A DNA stretch of 32,000 nt from Wallemia ichthyophaga EXF-994 (taxonomy: Eukaryota > Fungi > Basidiomycota), in the NCBI RefSeq assembly GCF_000400465.1, contig NW_008806285.1, positions 240,001-272,000 of the forward strand, read 5' to 3'. How positions within the stretch are numbered: the stretch's first letter is position 1; each line of letters starts with the position of its first letter. Shown one piece after another: positions 1 through 10,650 of the stretch. Both the position numbers and the translations under genes were made by a program. The notes under the pieces were generated by a model, which was given only the letters and a program-made list of their open reading frames with translations, was not told the DNA's origin and did not search any database.

Positions 1-262
1 AGTAAAATTTGCAGGTACAAACGTCTCAAATGATCGTTGCGTGTTCAAGGCTAGAATTAAAGGCTACGATTATATTTACGTCTGTTCTGATATTTCGCCG
101 CGTTGCGTGACATCTTTGATCGTGCACAGGGAATGCTTTGGGCACATAAAGGATATACCTTACATATATATTGCACTAGAAGAGCTACTACAGAGTGTAT
201 CGCTGCTTTTCACATCGTTTTCGCGTCAGAAAGGCTGATAATACTTCTTCAACTGCCCTTCC

Positions 263-3200
263 ATGAGCCAGAATAATATAAAGGTAGTTGCGCGGTTTAG
301 ACCTGTAAATAAGGTCGAGCAACAACAATATCCACCAGATGGAAAACCCATCATCGACATCAACGATACCAACACTCAAGTAAATCTCTACAACGAATCA
401 AACAACTATTCTTTCGATAGAGTGTTCGATAGACAGTCCAAGCAGGAAGACGTTTTCGAATACGGCGTTAGGGGTATCGTTGACGATGTCATTTCTGGCT
501 ACAATGGTACTGTCTTCGCCTACGGTCAGACCGGCTCTGGTAAAACGTACACTATGATGGGCTCTGATATCGACGACAACAACTCAAAGGGTATCATACC
601 TCGCATCACCGAACAGATCTTTGAATCCATTCTTACCTCTCCTCCAAACATGGAGTACCTTGTCAAGGTCAGTTACATGGAAATCTACATGGAAAGAATC
701 AGAGACCTCTTGTCCCCAAATAATGATAATCTTCAAGTTCACGAGGATAAAGTAAGAGGCGTTTACGTCAAGAACCTTTCAGACTACTACGTTGGTGATG
801 CAAATGAAGTCTACGAGATTATGAGACAAGGCAGTCAAGCAAGAGCTGTCTCTTCAACAAACATGAACGCTGAATCTTCTCGCTCTCACTCAATCTTTCT
901 TATCTCTATCGTACAGAAAAACATCGAGACTGGCTCCCAAAAAACTGGTAACCTCTATCTCGTCGATTTGGCTGGTTCAGAAAAAATTGGTAAAACTGGT
1001 GCAACCGGACAAACCTTAGAAGAAGCAAAGAAGATCAACAAAAGTTTATCAGCACTTGGTATGGTTATCAATGCCTTGACTGATGGAAAATCAACCCATA
1101 TACCCTATCGTGACTCCAAACTGACAAGAATCTTGCAAGAATCTCTCGGAGGTAACTCCAGAACTACCTTGATAGTTAAGTACGTTGATTTTCGGCTTTG
1201 GGATTTCGATCTAACTCAAATACAGCTGTTCGCCTTCCGAATATAACGCTGACGAGACTATGTCGACCTTGAGATTTGGTATCAGAGCAAAGTCGATCAA
1301 GAATTCTGCTCGTGTCAACACTGAATTATCTCCTGCTGAACTTAAGAACCTTCTCAAGAAATCGCAAAGAGATCGCACTCTTTATGAAAACTTTGTCACT
1401 GCACTTGAAGCTGAGTTGAAACAATGGAGGGCAGGAAAGACAGTCCCAAAGGAAGATTGGACAACTAAAGACTCAACACCAAAGGAGAATATACCTTTAA
1501 ATACCACAATACCATCTACACCTACCAAACCAATCAATCAAAACCTAGAAGTTGCTCGTGATGAAGCACGCCCAGCTACCCCGGTGCCGCTCAACTTGGA
1601 TAAAGATGAGAGGGAAGACTTCTTGAAACACGAGAACGAATTGAGTGACCAGTTGGCAGACAAGGAAAAAGCGATGACTTCACTCGAAAAGGTTCTCAAA
1701 GAGCTGCGCGACGAGCTTGATTTCTATAAAACCTCTCATCAAACACTCAACGAGGAGAACTCTGACTTCCAAACGCAATTATCAGATCTCCGCCTACAAT
1801 TTGAAAGATTAGAGTTTGATAACAAGGACAACATCATCAATATGGATGTTCTACGCGACAGAAATACAGAATTGACAGCTTCAGTGAATGACTTGAACAG
1901 ATCTCTTGAAGAAGCCAAGAATGCTCAGAAAGACTCCCTTGCGGAAGACTTTGAAAAGAAGAAGGCTGAAAAGATGGCACAGATGATGGCTAAGTTTGAT
2001 GCTACTGGTTTTTCAGAGAAGGACGATGTTTTACGAGACTTAGTGTCAAAGATTGACAGCATTGACAACGACGAAAGACTCAGCGGTGGCACATTGACAT
2101 CTGACGATCTTTCTGCTATCCGCCGCCAACTCCTTGAATCCCAATCTCTTGCTCGCGAATCCCAGGACAAGCTTCGCAACAGTGAACATGATAACCAAAC
2201 CTTGGTTATCAAGAGGGAGGAGGTTGAGTCTCGTTTGCATGGTCTTGAAAGCGAGTTCGAAGAGCTTCTAGAGAAATCGATCAAAGAAGAAGAAGCCAAT
2301 AATCTAGACTTGCAGGAGTCTATCAATGGAATCAAGGACAAGCTTGAAGCACAATACAATTCAAAGCGTGAAAAGAACGAAGTGGAAGTTAATGATCTGC
2401 GTCAGCAGATAGAGAATAAAAATCAAGATATTACCTCGCTCAAAGACGACGTACAGAATCTGATGGGCCTCAATGACGAACTTAAGCGAGCCTTCGCTGT
2501 CACATCAGCTGGTATAGAAGGCGGTAAGAACCTAGTAGATTCAGCAAGAGATCTGGAAAAAACTCGCAAGAGCCTCGCATCCCAGTTAAATGACTTTGAA
2601 GGTATGAAGAAGTCACTGATGAAAGATTTACAAGATCGCTGCGAGAAAGTCGTTGAACTTGAGATTGAACTTGATCAGTATAAAGAGCAGTATGCTCAAG
2701 TGTTGCGTAGCACCAACAACAAGGCAGCTCAGAAGAAAATGGCCTTCTTGGAGCGCAATCTGGAGCAATTGACCCTCGTTCAGAAGGGACTTGTTGATCA
2801 GAACCAATCACTGAAAAAGGAAGTCGCGATTGCTGAGCGCAAGCTGCTTGCTAGATCCGAAAGGATTAACAACTTGGAGCACTTACTACAGGAAGCAGAC
2901 AAGAGGCTCGTCATCTCTAATGCTAAGTTTGAGGGGCAACTACAAGCCGTACGAGAGCGCCTTGAGCATGCTAGATGTGAGTACTAACGATTGAATAACA
3001 CATCCACTGACAGTAACCTTAGCTCAAAAAGAATCCACAAATGCGTCCATAAACTTCGGTAGAATCGCTAAGCCTCTCAGAGTGAGAACTTTACTTTTCA
3101 GGAAAATACTACTGACATCATAAACCAGGGTGGTGGTGGTAGCGGATCAGCATCTGCTTCTCCGACGAACAAGAAAACGATAGACTTATCTGGTGCGTCA

Positions 3201-3307
3201 GACCATGACAGCGGATCGTCGAGTAAGTTGATGAGTGTGCGGTGAGATTGTTAACTGACTCCGCTACAGCTAAACGTGCTTCTTGGTTCTTTTCATCTGG
3301 AAAATGA
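263..3307 (+). CDS. Kinesin-1 heavy chain (conventional kinesin), ~952 aa, 5 exons
   Basis: Motor motifs GQTGSGKT, NAESSRSH, DLAGSE; long coiled-coil stalk; tail IAKPLRGGG autoinhibitory motif and C-terminal KRASWF. Exons 263-1179, 1226-2976, 3023-3081, 3129-3222, 3270-3307; four GT-AG introns of 46-47 nt; spliced length 2859 nt is divisible by 3. Confidence 0.97.
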
Positions 3308-3573
3308 TTTCCTGTGCTTTTATCTTCACACACTATATATCAGCAGTCATCCAAAGCAGCTTTTGACTTGTATCTATCATACACCCTTCTTAATATAGCA
3401 CTAGTGAGACGCATGTGCAGTATGCCAGTGATGCAATCAGATGCAAACTTTTTTTCCAATACCTCTTCACAATGGTATTTCGACCATGCAAATCATGCGT
3501 GCATGTCTCTGATGATATGACCAACTATGCATGTATACACCCGTGAACGACAGAAAGTTGAAATCGTATAATC

Positions 3574-4026
3574 TCAGCTCGAAGCGACCACTGATTTCGC
3601 TTGCTTTGCCTGATGTGCTCATTGAGTTAATTTATCGAAATCTCGAAAGCTAACTCACGGCGACCTTGGCAGCCAAAGCTTGAGCATCTCTTGGAAAATG
3701 TCAGATTATTACTTCTAGTGCTCAATGACCCACGCTTCACGCTTGTTCGAAAGCCTCTGAGTGCTTTGTTTGGGCGCTGGTCAAGAATGTCAGAAACCTT
3801 ATAAAAGGAGATGCTGCATACCTTTATTGTTGGCAGCGGCCTTCTTCTGCGCGCGTTCTATGCCATTTTAGAACATAAGGACGATCAAACAGCTACATAC
3901 CCCGATCCCTACGCGACTTTAGTATCCGCTCATTGAGAATGCTACGAGCTTACTTTTCTCTTTGATTCCCTCCTGAATCTAAATGTCAGAATATCCCAAT
4001 GCATTAACTGCATCCTTACTGCTCAT
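3574..4026 (-). CDS. SERF/4F5 family small EDRK-rich factor, 59 aa, 7 coding exons (absent from ORF track)
   Basis: Exons 4026-4020, 3972-3954, 3908-3901, 3857-3822, 3776-3734, 3689-3659, 3609-3574; six GT-AG introns of 43-49 nt; 180 nt total. Translation MSRGNQREKDRERAQKKAAANNKAPKQSTQRLSNKREADAQALAAKVAAKQAKSVVASS* carries the 4F5 signature M(T/S)RGNQRExxRER. Confidence 0.93.
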
Positions 4027-5306
4027 CTGGCCCGTGGTAAGTGATCAACGAGCATGCGGCTCAAAAGAAGCTACAATTTCAGCGCAGTGTGAGCTTTCAC
4101 AGTTTTCTAATTGCTTTGCATTTGCATCATCTGTAAGTTATCATCGCGCTGCTCGATAACGTATAATTACTCAATTCCAAGAATGTCAAACACATGTTTC
4201 ATTTACAACGCATGTGCATGTTTATAGTACACAATTATTTCCCATATGTATCCCGGTAAAATCTATCTAAGCATCTTTAAGCGTGAAGCTAATATTACAT
4301 CTTCTGTCTGCGGACTACCTCGTCTTAGTGGTGGAGGTTAGCAAGATCAAGTGATGATAGCAAACGTATTAGGAGTATCGCTCAAAGCGGACTTTAAACG
4401 GACTGCCAGGTCTTATTGAAGGTTAGAGAGAGGCAAACGAATGAGATAAAGCTTAATGGGAGTAGCGCAGACTATTTACATGGAAAGGTTATACCGGCCT
4501 TACTATAGCCCCAAGATGTTGTATCGCAAGGAGAAGAGGAAAGGAGTGTGGGCTGTTTAAATACCGTAGCGGCGACCGAGAATCACGTGGCTCGCGTTTT
4601 GTGTTTGTTATTGTGTTTTACGAACACAGCTACCCTCGTTCCCAGTCAAGCATCTAACGGCGTAGACACAATTATTAGATGGCTATGACTGGTGATATAG
4701 ATGAATATCAAGTAGCTCGATACTGCGTTTCTGATGGCTTTAAAGGTATATCGGAGTGATTCAGCAGCTTTGAAGATTTAGATATTAGTATTATACGACT
4801 TTCCGTGCATGCTCGACCATTTGCGGTTTGAGTTGAGTAGAAACAATTAGATTGGGAGATAAACAAGATCGAGAGCAGCGTAAGATATTCAGTAGGACAC
4901 TCAAGTCACCCTCACTCAGTCTTTCACAGGGTGCCTTGAGCATATTTAATTCAGCACAATAACTTATACTATTGAAATTTTCCACAAGTACTAGAAATAG
5001 GTATGCAAATCACACTGCCATCCATTAAACACACCTTGATGTCATCAGAAATGTAGATACAAGTACCAGATTGAACCTTTGTGGGTGGCGACAGAATAAA
5101 TCACTTTAGTGATATATCCAAGCGCTCATTAATGTACTAAAAAGGTGTGATAAAATCCTTAATTACCGTAATTCTGTAACAGACCGGAGGTAACAATGAA
5201 GGTCAAGAATGTCCGATTGAATCTGAACAAAGAACAATGGACACTTTAAAGTCAACATAAATTTATTATTGTTACAACGATGTGATTTTAAATAAAATAA
5301 TATAAT

Positions 5307-8300
5307 TTAGCAATCACTCAATGCTGATGAAGAGGTAGGAGAACCACTGGTTTCTCGTCTCATTCTTGCTTCAAGCAGTTTGCGCGTACGTGGAGCGACA
5401 GCGGCACCCCTTCTGCGTGGAGGGCCTTCTTCTAAATCATCCGAGTTGACTCTCGAGCTCCAAGACGTTGTCAGGATATCGTCGACTTTTGCGAGTGCTT
5501 TATCTGAATCCTCTTGGGAATGTGAATAAGGCTGATCTGAATACTTTGATTCATTTTGGCCTTTACCAATAAAGTTATACTTATGGTTCCCGCTGTCATA
5601 GCTGTCATACATCGGTGACGGTAATGCTTCACCGTTGACTGTATTGATTCCAAGTGATCCCATACCAGTTGATTGTCTCATCGATGGCAGTCTCATGAGG
5701 TAGTTCTTCATTGTAGACGATCTCGCTAATTCTGGTGTAGCCTCGATTGTTGGCAGGAAGTCTGACGAAGCAGGTGACTTTAATTTAGGTGAAGCGACTT
5801 CAGATCCCTTGAAGGCATTAGACATTGGCGATCTAAAGTCTTCATCTGTATGTTTTGAAGGTGAGTTGTTCTCCCCGCTATATGGAGATGTGAAGTGTTC
5901 GTCGCTTTGAGGAGACACTGCAATGTCGGACTTATCCACAACAGGCGGAGCTGAGGAGTCCATTCTACTGTTTTCAATGTTCTTCCAATCGTCAACAACC
6001 ATTTGCTGCTGCTCTACATTATTATTCACGTGTTGTGCATTCTCTTCCATCAAGGCAGATGTTGTCATTTGAGAAGCTCTGTATCTTGTACTGGTAGACA
6101 TGGCACTCCTACGCGTTTTGTATCTACGCACTTTAGACCTTGTTGATGAACCTCCAATTGAGTCATTCCTCGACGATTCATTCGAAGCATCGTTGCTCCT
6201 ACCTATGTTGATTATTCCATCGTCCTCATATGTTTCATCCTCATAAAACACTGTTGATCCACTACCTTCACTCCATGTCTCTATCTCTTGTCCGATCGAT
6301 TCATCCTCATTCTCATTTTCTTCCGGTTTCTGTTGATCCTTTTCTTTACTCTGCATGTTTGGTTGAATACTCAAAGCAGCTCCAAATGATTGCGGTGGCT
6401 CTTGTTTAGCGTTTGCTTGGAAGATCATTTCGGACCTAACAGCCTGTGGCGGAGGAGAGCGTAAAGTTTCAGGAAGGCTCTGCCAATCTGGTACTGGTGG
6501 AGGACTGACGACTTTGGGAGGTGAACTGACTGCATTTGGTGGAGGCGACACTACCCGTGGGACTTGAGCTTCAAGTGACCAAGAGGGTGGATGCACTTTC
6601 TTGCCAGCAAGTGGAGGTGATGGCAAGAATGGCAACTGAGCTAGTTCTGCGTCTTCAGGCAAAGGAGATGCCACCTGCGGCTCAGGCGACAGACCAGGTG
6701 GCGTCAACTGTGATTCATTTTGCTTCATTGCAGTATGGATACTACTATCAGCTCCATTTTTGTCGTCTTGGCCCTTGACAAATGGAGTGATAGCCATCTC
6801 ACGAAGTCTGGCAGCTTCGTCGTTGAACTCATCGCGAATGTTGTTCATGTCTTTGACGGTGTAGAACTTAGATTGACCAGCTATTTTTTCGGTGAACGGT
6901 CCATCGTCAACCTCCTCACTCTTGTCGCTCCTGGCTAATTCCGCGAAGTTTGGACTGAGAGGAACAGGAGATCTTGCCAACTTTTCAAGCAAAGGGGAGT
7001 GAGGTGACTTGAAATATGTAAGCGTGCATTGCAAGTTTTATTATGTCTTACCTTTTCTTTGCTCCTCGCAGACTTTTCAGGGTACTGCTGATTGCCAATG
7101 TCAAAATTTTCATTGACAACAGCGTTCATGGTTATAGGAGATGAGAAGCTGATTCTATCTTTCAGATCTTTGCTCTTGGATTTAGATAATTTAAACTTTT
7201 TGCTCCGTTTAGCGTGTCTGTCGGGTGATTTTGGCAACGGTGGGGGCGGCGAATCCATCTTTTTGGTGTCCTTAGCATCTTTAGTGCCCTCAGCGGTTGA
7301 ATTTGAGTCCGATTTGAGCTGTTCGTAGGAGATTGGAACTGGTGACTGTAAATCCTTGCTGATTGGAGTTAAGACATTGTCCACAGGTGACTTTGTTTGC
7401 TTAACATCTTCCATTTCAATCTCTCTTGGAGCATTGGCGGGAACAATAGAGTTTCTAAGCCATCCAGCAGCAGCAGGAGTTGGTTCACGCTTTGGTGGGT
7501 GGAAAGCCGTTTTGATAGCTTGGCTAAAGTCACCCCAAGGCGTTGAGCTGCGAAGCGGTGGCGAAAATGCAGATGGGATGTAATTGCTTTCGTCATTATC
7601 CACTATCTGTTGAGCATTCTTGTCCGATGTCTTACGCTGTCTGATTTGCGCGTCGCGGGCATTGTCAATCTGAGGAGAAGGTCTCTGCGAAAATATCTTG
7701 TTACCAATGACGCCAGATTTGTAGCGTTCACCATCTAAAGCCGACTTCATTGCATTGGCGTAAAATGCCATTGAGCCTGAGTTGTGATTCTTGCTATCTG
7801 ACATTTCGTCCAGTCTGCGATCGACGTCATAAGAAGAGGCATCTTGGAAACCCTCAGGCAATGGGGACTTTAGAATTTGATCCGTGATTTCGCTAGGAGG
7901 CTGGAATGATGAGTTTGTACGCTGGAAGACTGGCCTTGGTGATTGCTTTGGAGTGTTATTGTTTGAGGGCCATTTCCAAGGCTCATTGCGGAAAGAAGGA
8001 GAGGCAAGTCCAGAAGGTTGATAGCCCCAAGGCCTTTCAGCTCTTTCCTCTGGAGGGTTTGAGAAAGGCAGCGCATTTGGAGACATCATCTGAGCATCGT
8101 CGTCCGTTTGCCAGCTTGAATGACGGGGCTCTTCATCTAAATGACCTTCTGAGGTCTTGATAGCAGCTGGTTTGTCTATCTCCGAGATAGAGTCTGAAGA
8201 CCCATTCTCCATCGAGATTTGACGCTCTTTGGCGAGCCGACTGCGACGACGTTTGCGATAAATGAGACCCATGATAGTGAAGGCTGCGACCAAGCCACTA

Positions 8301-9071
8301 ATAATAAAAATGGGAGAGAGATATGCAACTTTGAAATCAGTGGAGCTGGAGTCGGAGATGGATTGCTGAGCATCTTCTGCGTTGTTGGTTGAAGGAGGGC
8401 TAGGTTGGACATCGTCGGTAGACTGGTCAATATCTTCGTCTTGGTTATTGTCTTGCTCTTGCAGCTCTTCTGGTTCATCGTTGATCTGGTCTATCGCCGA
8501 ATCGATGTCATCATTTGGCTGGTTGTCTTGATTTTCTTGATTCGACTCGGCATCGTCATCATTTGGAGACTAAAATTGGTTAGGATGACCCGAAAAAGCT
8601 TAGTGACTCACAGAGGAGGACTCCTGGTCGTCAGGTGCGGGATTGTCTTCGATATTTGAAGAATCCATATCATTCGGGAGTTGTAGAGGCGGACTAGTGG
8701 AACCACGGGTGTCGTCTAGACTACCAATGCCATGATAAGTACCGTCGTTGTATTTTTGACGCTTTTGTAAAGTGTGCTGACAGTTGTTATCCATATTGTG
8801 TACACAGCCAACGACCAAATTAACGTCGTCGTTGACTGCAGAGAAGTTTGAACGCGTTTTATCCAGTGTGTTCCTAATTGCTGGTTAGGTTTCTGACAAG
8901 ACATTTCTCTCTCACTCACAAATGAGCGTCTTGCTTATAAAAGTGGGGCTGTATGACCTCTGGGTCTTTAATCAAAGCTTGTCTGTTGAATGGGGGCACG
9001 ATGAAAGCGTGATTGAGAGTAAAGAGTGTGAATGTAGTTATAAAGGAGTTCAAATCCTTTATAAATTTCAA
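5307..9071 (-). CDS. Uncharacterised single-pass (type I) membrane protein, ~1210 aa; start codon uncertain
   Basis: Exons 9071-8920, 8873-8612, 8569-7052, 7007-5307, joined by GT-AG introns of 46, 42 and 44 nt into one frame (3633 nt). N-terminal hydrophobic stretch FITTFTLFTLNHA, LQKR dibasic site, D/N/Q-rich ectodomain, TM VAYLSPIFIISGLVAAFTIMGLIY followed by RKRRR, then ~950 aa of Ser/Pro-rich tail. No in-frame ATG in exon 1; 9071 is a TTG. Confidence 0.75.
9038..9064. repeat. Perfect 10-bp inverted repeat (TTATAAAGGA / TCCTTTATAA) with a 7-nt loop overlapping a B-box-like GTTCAAATC
   Basis: Arms 9038-9047 and 9055-9064 read directly from the sequence; GTTCAAATC at 9048-9056 fits the GTTCRANYC consensus; no tRNA cloverleaf around it. 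Confidence 0.6.
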
Positions 9072-9268
9072 TCGAGATGGTTCTTTATCAAGTAAATATT
9101 GAAATCGCGTTTTCGGATAGACGCGCTAAATAAAATACCTTCCTTATTAAGACGTGTGTAAGATCCTGTTTAATTTAACACTCGGATATGGCAATTTACT
9201 TTGTAAGACATTCATCGGCGTACACTGCTGCTACACTGTTGCTATTCCGCGTTTGTCAAAATTTGCAC

Positions 9269-9905
9269 CTAGACTTTGCTAGCTGAAATCCTTGTCTTGT
9301 TGAGCGACTGGGATGTAAAGTAGTATAACGATGTTATAATCATATATAAGCCGCCATCAACTGCCTATATCGCGTTATTTAGAAAAGCCTGCGTATGTTA
9401 GTAGTCACCTGGTAGACTAGTATAGCGAACCAGCCGTTGAGGAACAATGAGTACATCTTGAAATTGAAAGAATCGTCATTTGAGAATAGCTTGATTGGAT
9501 AAAACAAGAGCAGATTGAATAGGCTATGTAGGAGCACTAATATCTGTATCAGGGGTACTGTGACCGTGATTAAGATGATAACGTTAATCTTATCATTCGG
9601 TCTGTTTAGCCGGAGTGAGAATAGCCTGTACCTCGCTTCCGCGCTAGCTCACTCGATTCCATTCGCAGCAAGGGCTCCTCCCATCATGTCGAAAAAGAAT
9701 TTGCGGTAGACGAGTCCCCCTTGCACGATTCAATAAGCATTTTAACTCTAAGCATTTCGGCTTTACTGACAGAGGCATGCGTAACAGACGTCTGAAGCGG
9801 TTATCAAAACAGAACAGCACACGGAAGCAACTCACAAGTAGTTGCCACCAGGGCAAACAGGCGGCAGACATCAATGCTGACTTTAGCATCGACAGCGACT
9901 TTCAT
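9269..9905 (-). CDS. noxD: NoxD/Pro41-like NADPH oxidase membrane subunit (fungal p22phox counterpart), 148 aa, 5 exons
   Basis: Exons 9905-9836, 9791-9771, 9719-9653, 9601-9409, 9364-9269; introns 44, 51, 51, 44 nt; 447 nt. Translation MKVAVDAKVSIDVCRLFALVATTYVCYACLWGLVYRKFFFDMMGG...VPLIQILVLL...FYPIKLF...AILVYQAVDGGLYMII... matches the family pattern RL..L.A..Y / RKFFWDF / PI(L/I)QI / E(W/Y)P / LYQ.T.AA.Y, recalled from memory. Confidence 0.8.
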
Positions 9906-9955
9906 TCTGTGCTAGTCCACGTGGTCGTTCCTCACAGACAGCGAGATCGATCGAG

Positions 9956-10633
9956 ATGAAAGTTATCTACTACGCAATAAGGTAGATAATACATCAGTAA
10001 AGTACTCAAAAGCATCTGCTAACGTTGTCTAGCTTTTTCATGCTTGTTATTTCCGCTGCATCCACGCTGAGCGGCTTATTTAAGGTGTCGTGGGTTTTCA
10101 AACGCTCTGTGAACAACATAGGGCTGTTCAGAATCTGTTACGATAAATTAGGCGTGCAAGAATGTCAGAGATTCCCTAATCAAGGCACTTGCGACGAACT
10201 TGGTGAAGCGTTCTGCACAGTGTGGTCCTCCGCAGGCTACACCATACAATTATCCTTTATATTTCTCGTCCCTTGTCTTTGTGCGATTACGCTCATCGCT
10301 TGTATCGGTCGCAAGGGCGGCAAGAAACGTCGTGAAGGGTGGAGATTGATGACATGCTTAATGGTTCTGTATTCCTCGCTTCAGCTCTTCACCGTCATAA
10401 CCGTGGCTGTCTTCAGCAAGACTAAGAATCTCGGCCACCTAGGCACTGGATTCTACATGACGCTCGTCGCTGTTTTACTTTCTTTCACGGCATGCTTCAT
10501 TCAGATCATAGCCGGATTCTCAGCTTCACGTAATTATGCATGGGCTAAAGAAGAGAAAGATTACTGGTTCACTGGACGCAGGTCAAGTAGTCTTACTGCA
10601 GATGAACACACGCCATTGATCAGCCACGGTTGA
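9956..10633 (+). CDS. Claudin/PMP22/Sur7-like four-TM membrane protein, 208 aa
   Basis: Exons 9956-9981 and 10033-10633 (51-nt intron). MKVIYYAISFFMLVISAASTLSGLF TM1, extracellular GLFRIC..C..FP....C......C loop (claudin W-GLW-C-C-like), three further hydrophobic helices, C-terminal EHTPLI. Confidence 0.75.
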
Positions 10634-10650
10634 GGCGTGTGGTGCTGTAA

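Noticed and set aside
1925-2359. Numerous antisense or overlapping ORFs in the track (e.g. 1925-2359 -, 26589-27101 +, 29936-30394 +, 23138-23506 -)
   Set aside because: They are shadow ORFs opposite well-supported genes, with no recognisable motifs.
3509-3594. TGATGA ... CTGA spaced about 85 nt, resembling a C/D snoRNA on the plus strand
   Set aside because: No terminal stem, only a 7-nt match (GCGACCA) to 18S, and it is antisense to the last SERF exon and 3' UTR.
3800-3936. TATAAAA followed by a 41-codon plus-strand ORF (MLHTFIVGSG...)
   Set aside because: It is the antisense of SERF exons and introns; the TATA lies inside SERF intron 4 and is too close to the ATG.
3409-4218. 11-bp direct repeat ACGCATGTGCA flanking the SERF gene (possible target-site duplication)
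   Set aside because: No transposon ends or transposase, the gene retains its introns, and ATGCA-type words are common locally; chance is likely.
4343-4353. AAGATCAAGTG, identical to part of U2 snRNA
   Set aside because: An isolated 11-mer with no flanking U2 sequence or Sm site, and no D box positioned for a U2 guide on the other strand.
9040-9060. T-arm-like GTTCAAATCC suggesting a tRNA gene
   Set aside because: No A-box, D-arm, anticodon arm or acceptor stem, and it lies in coding sequence.
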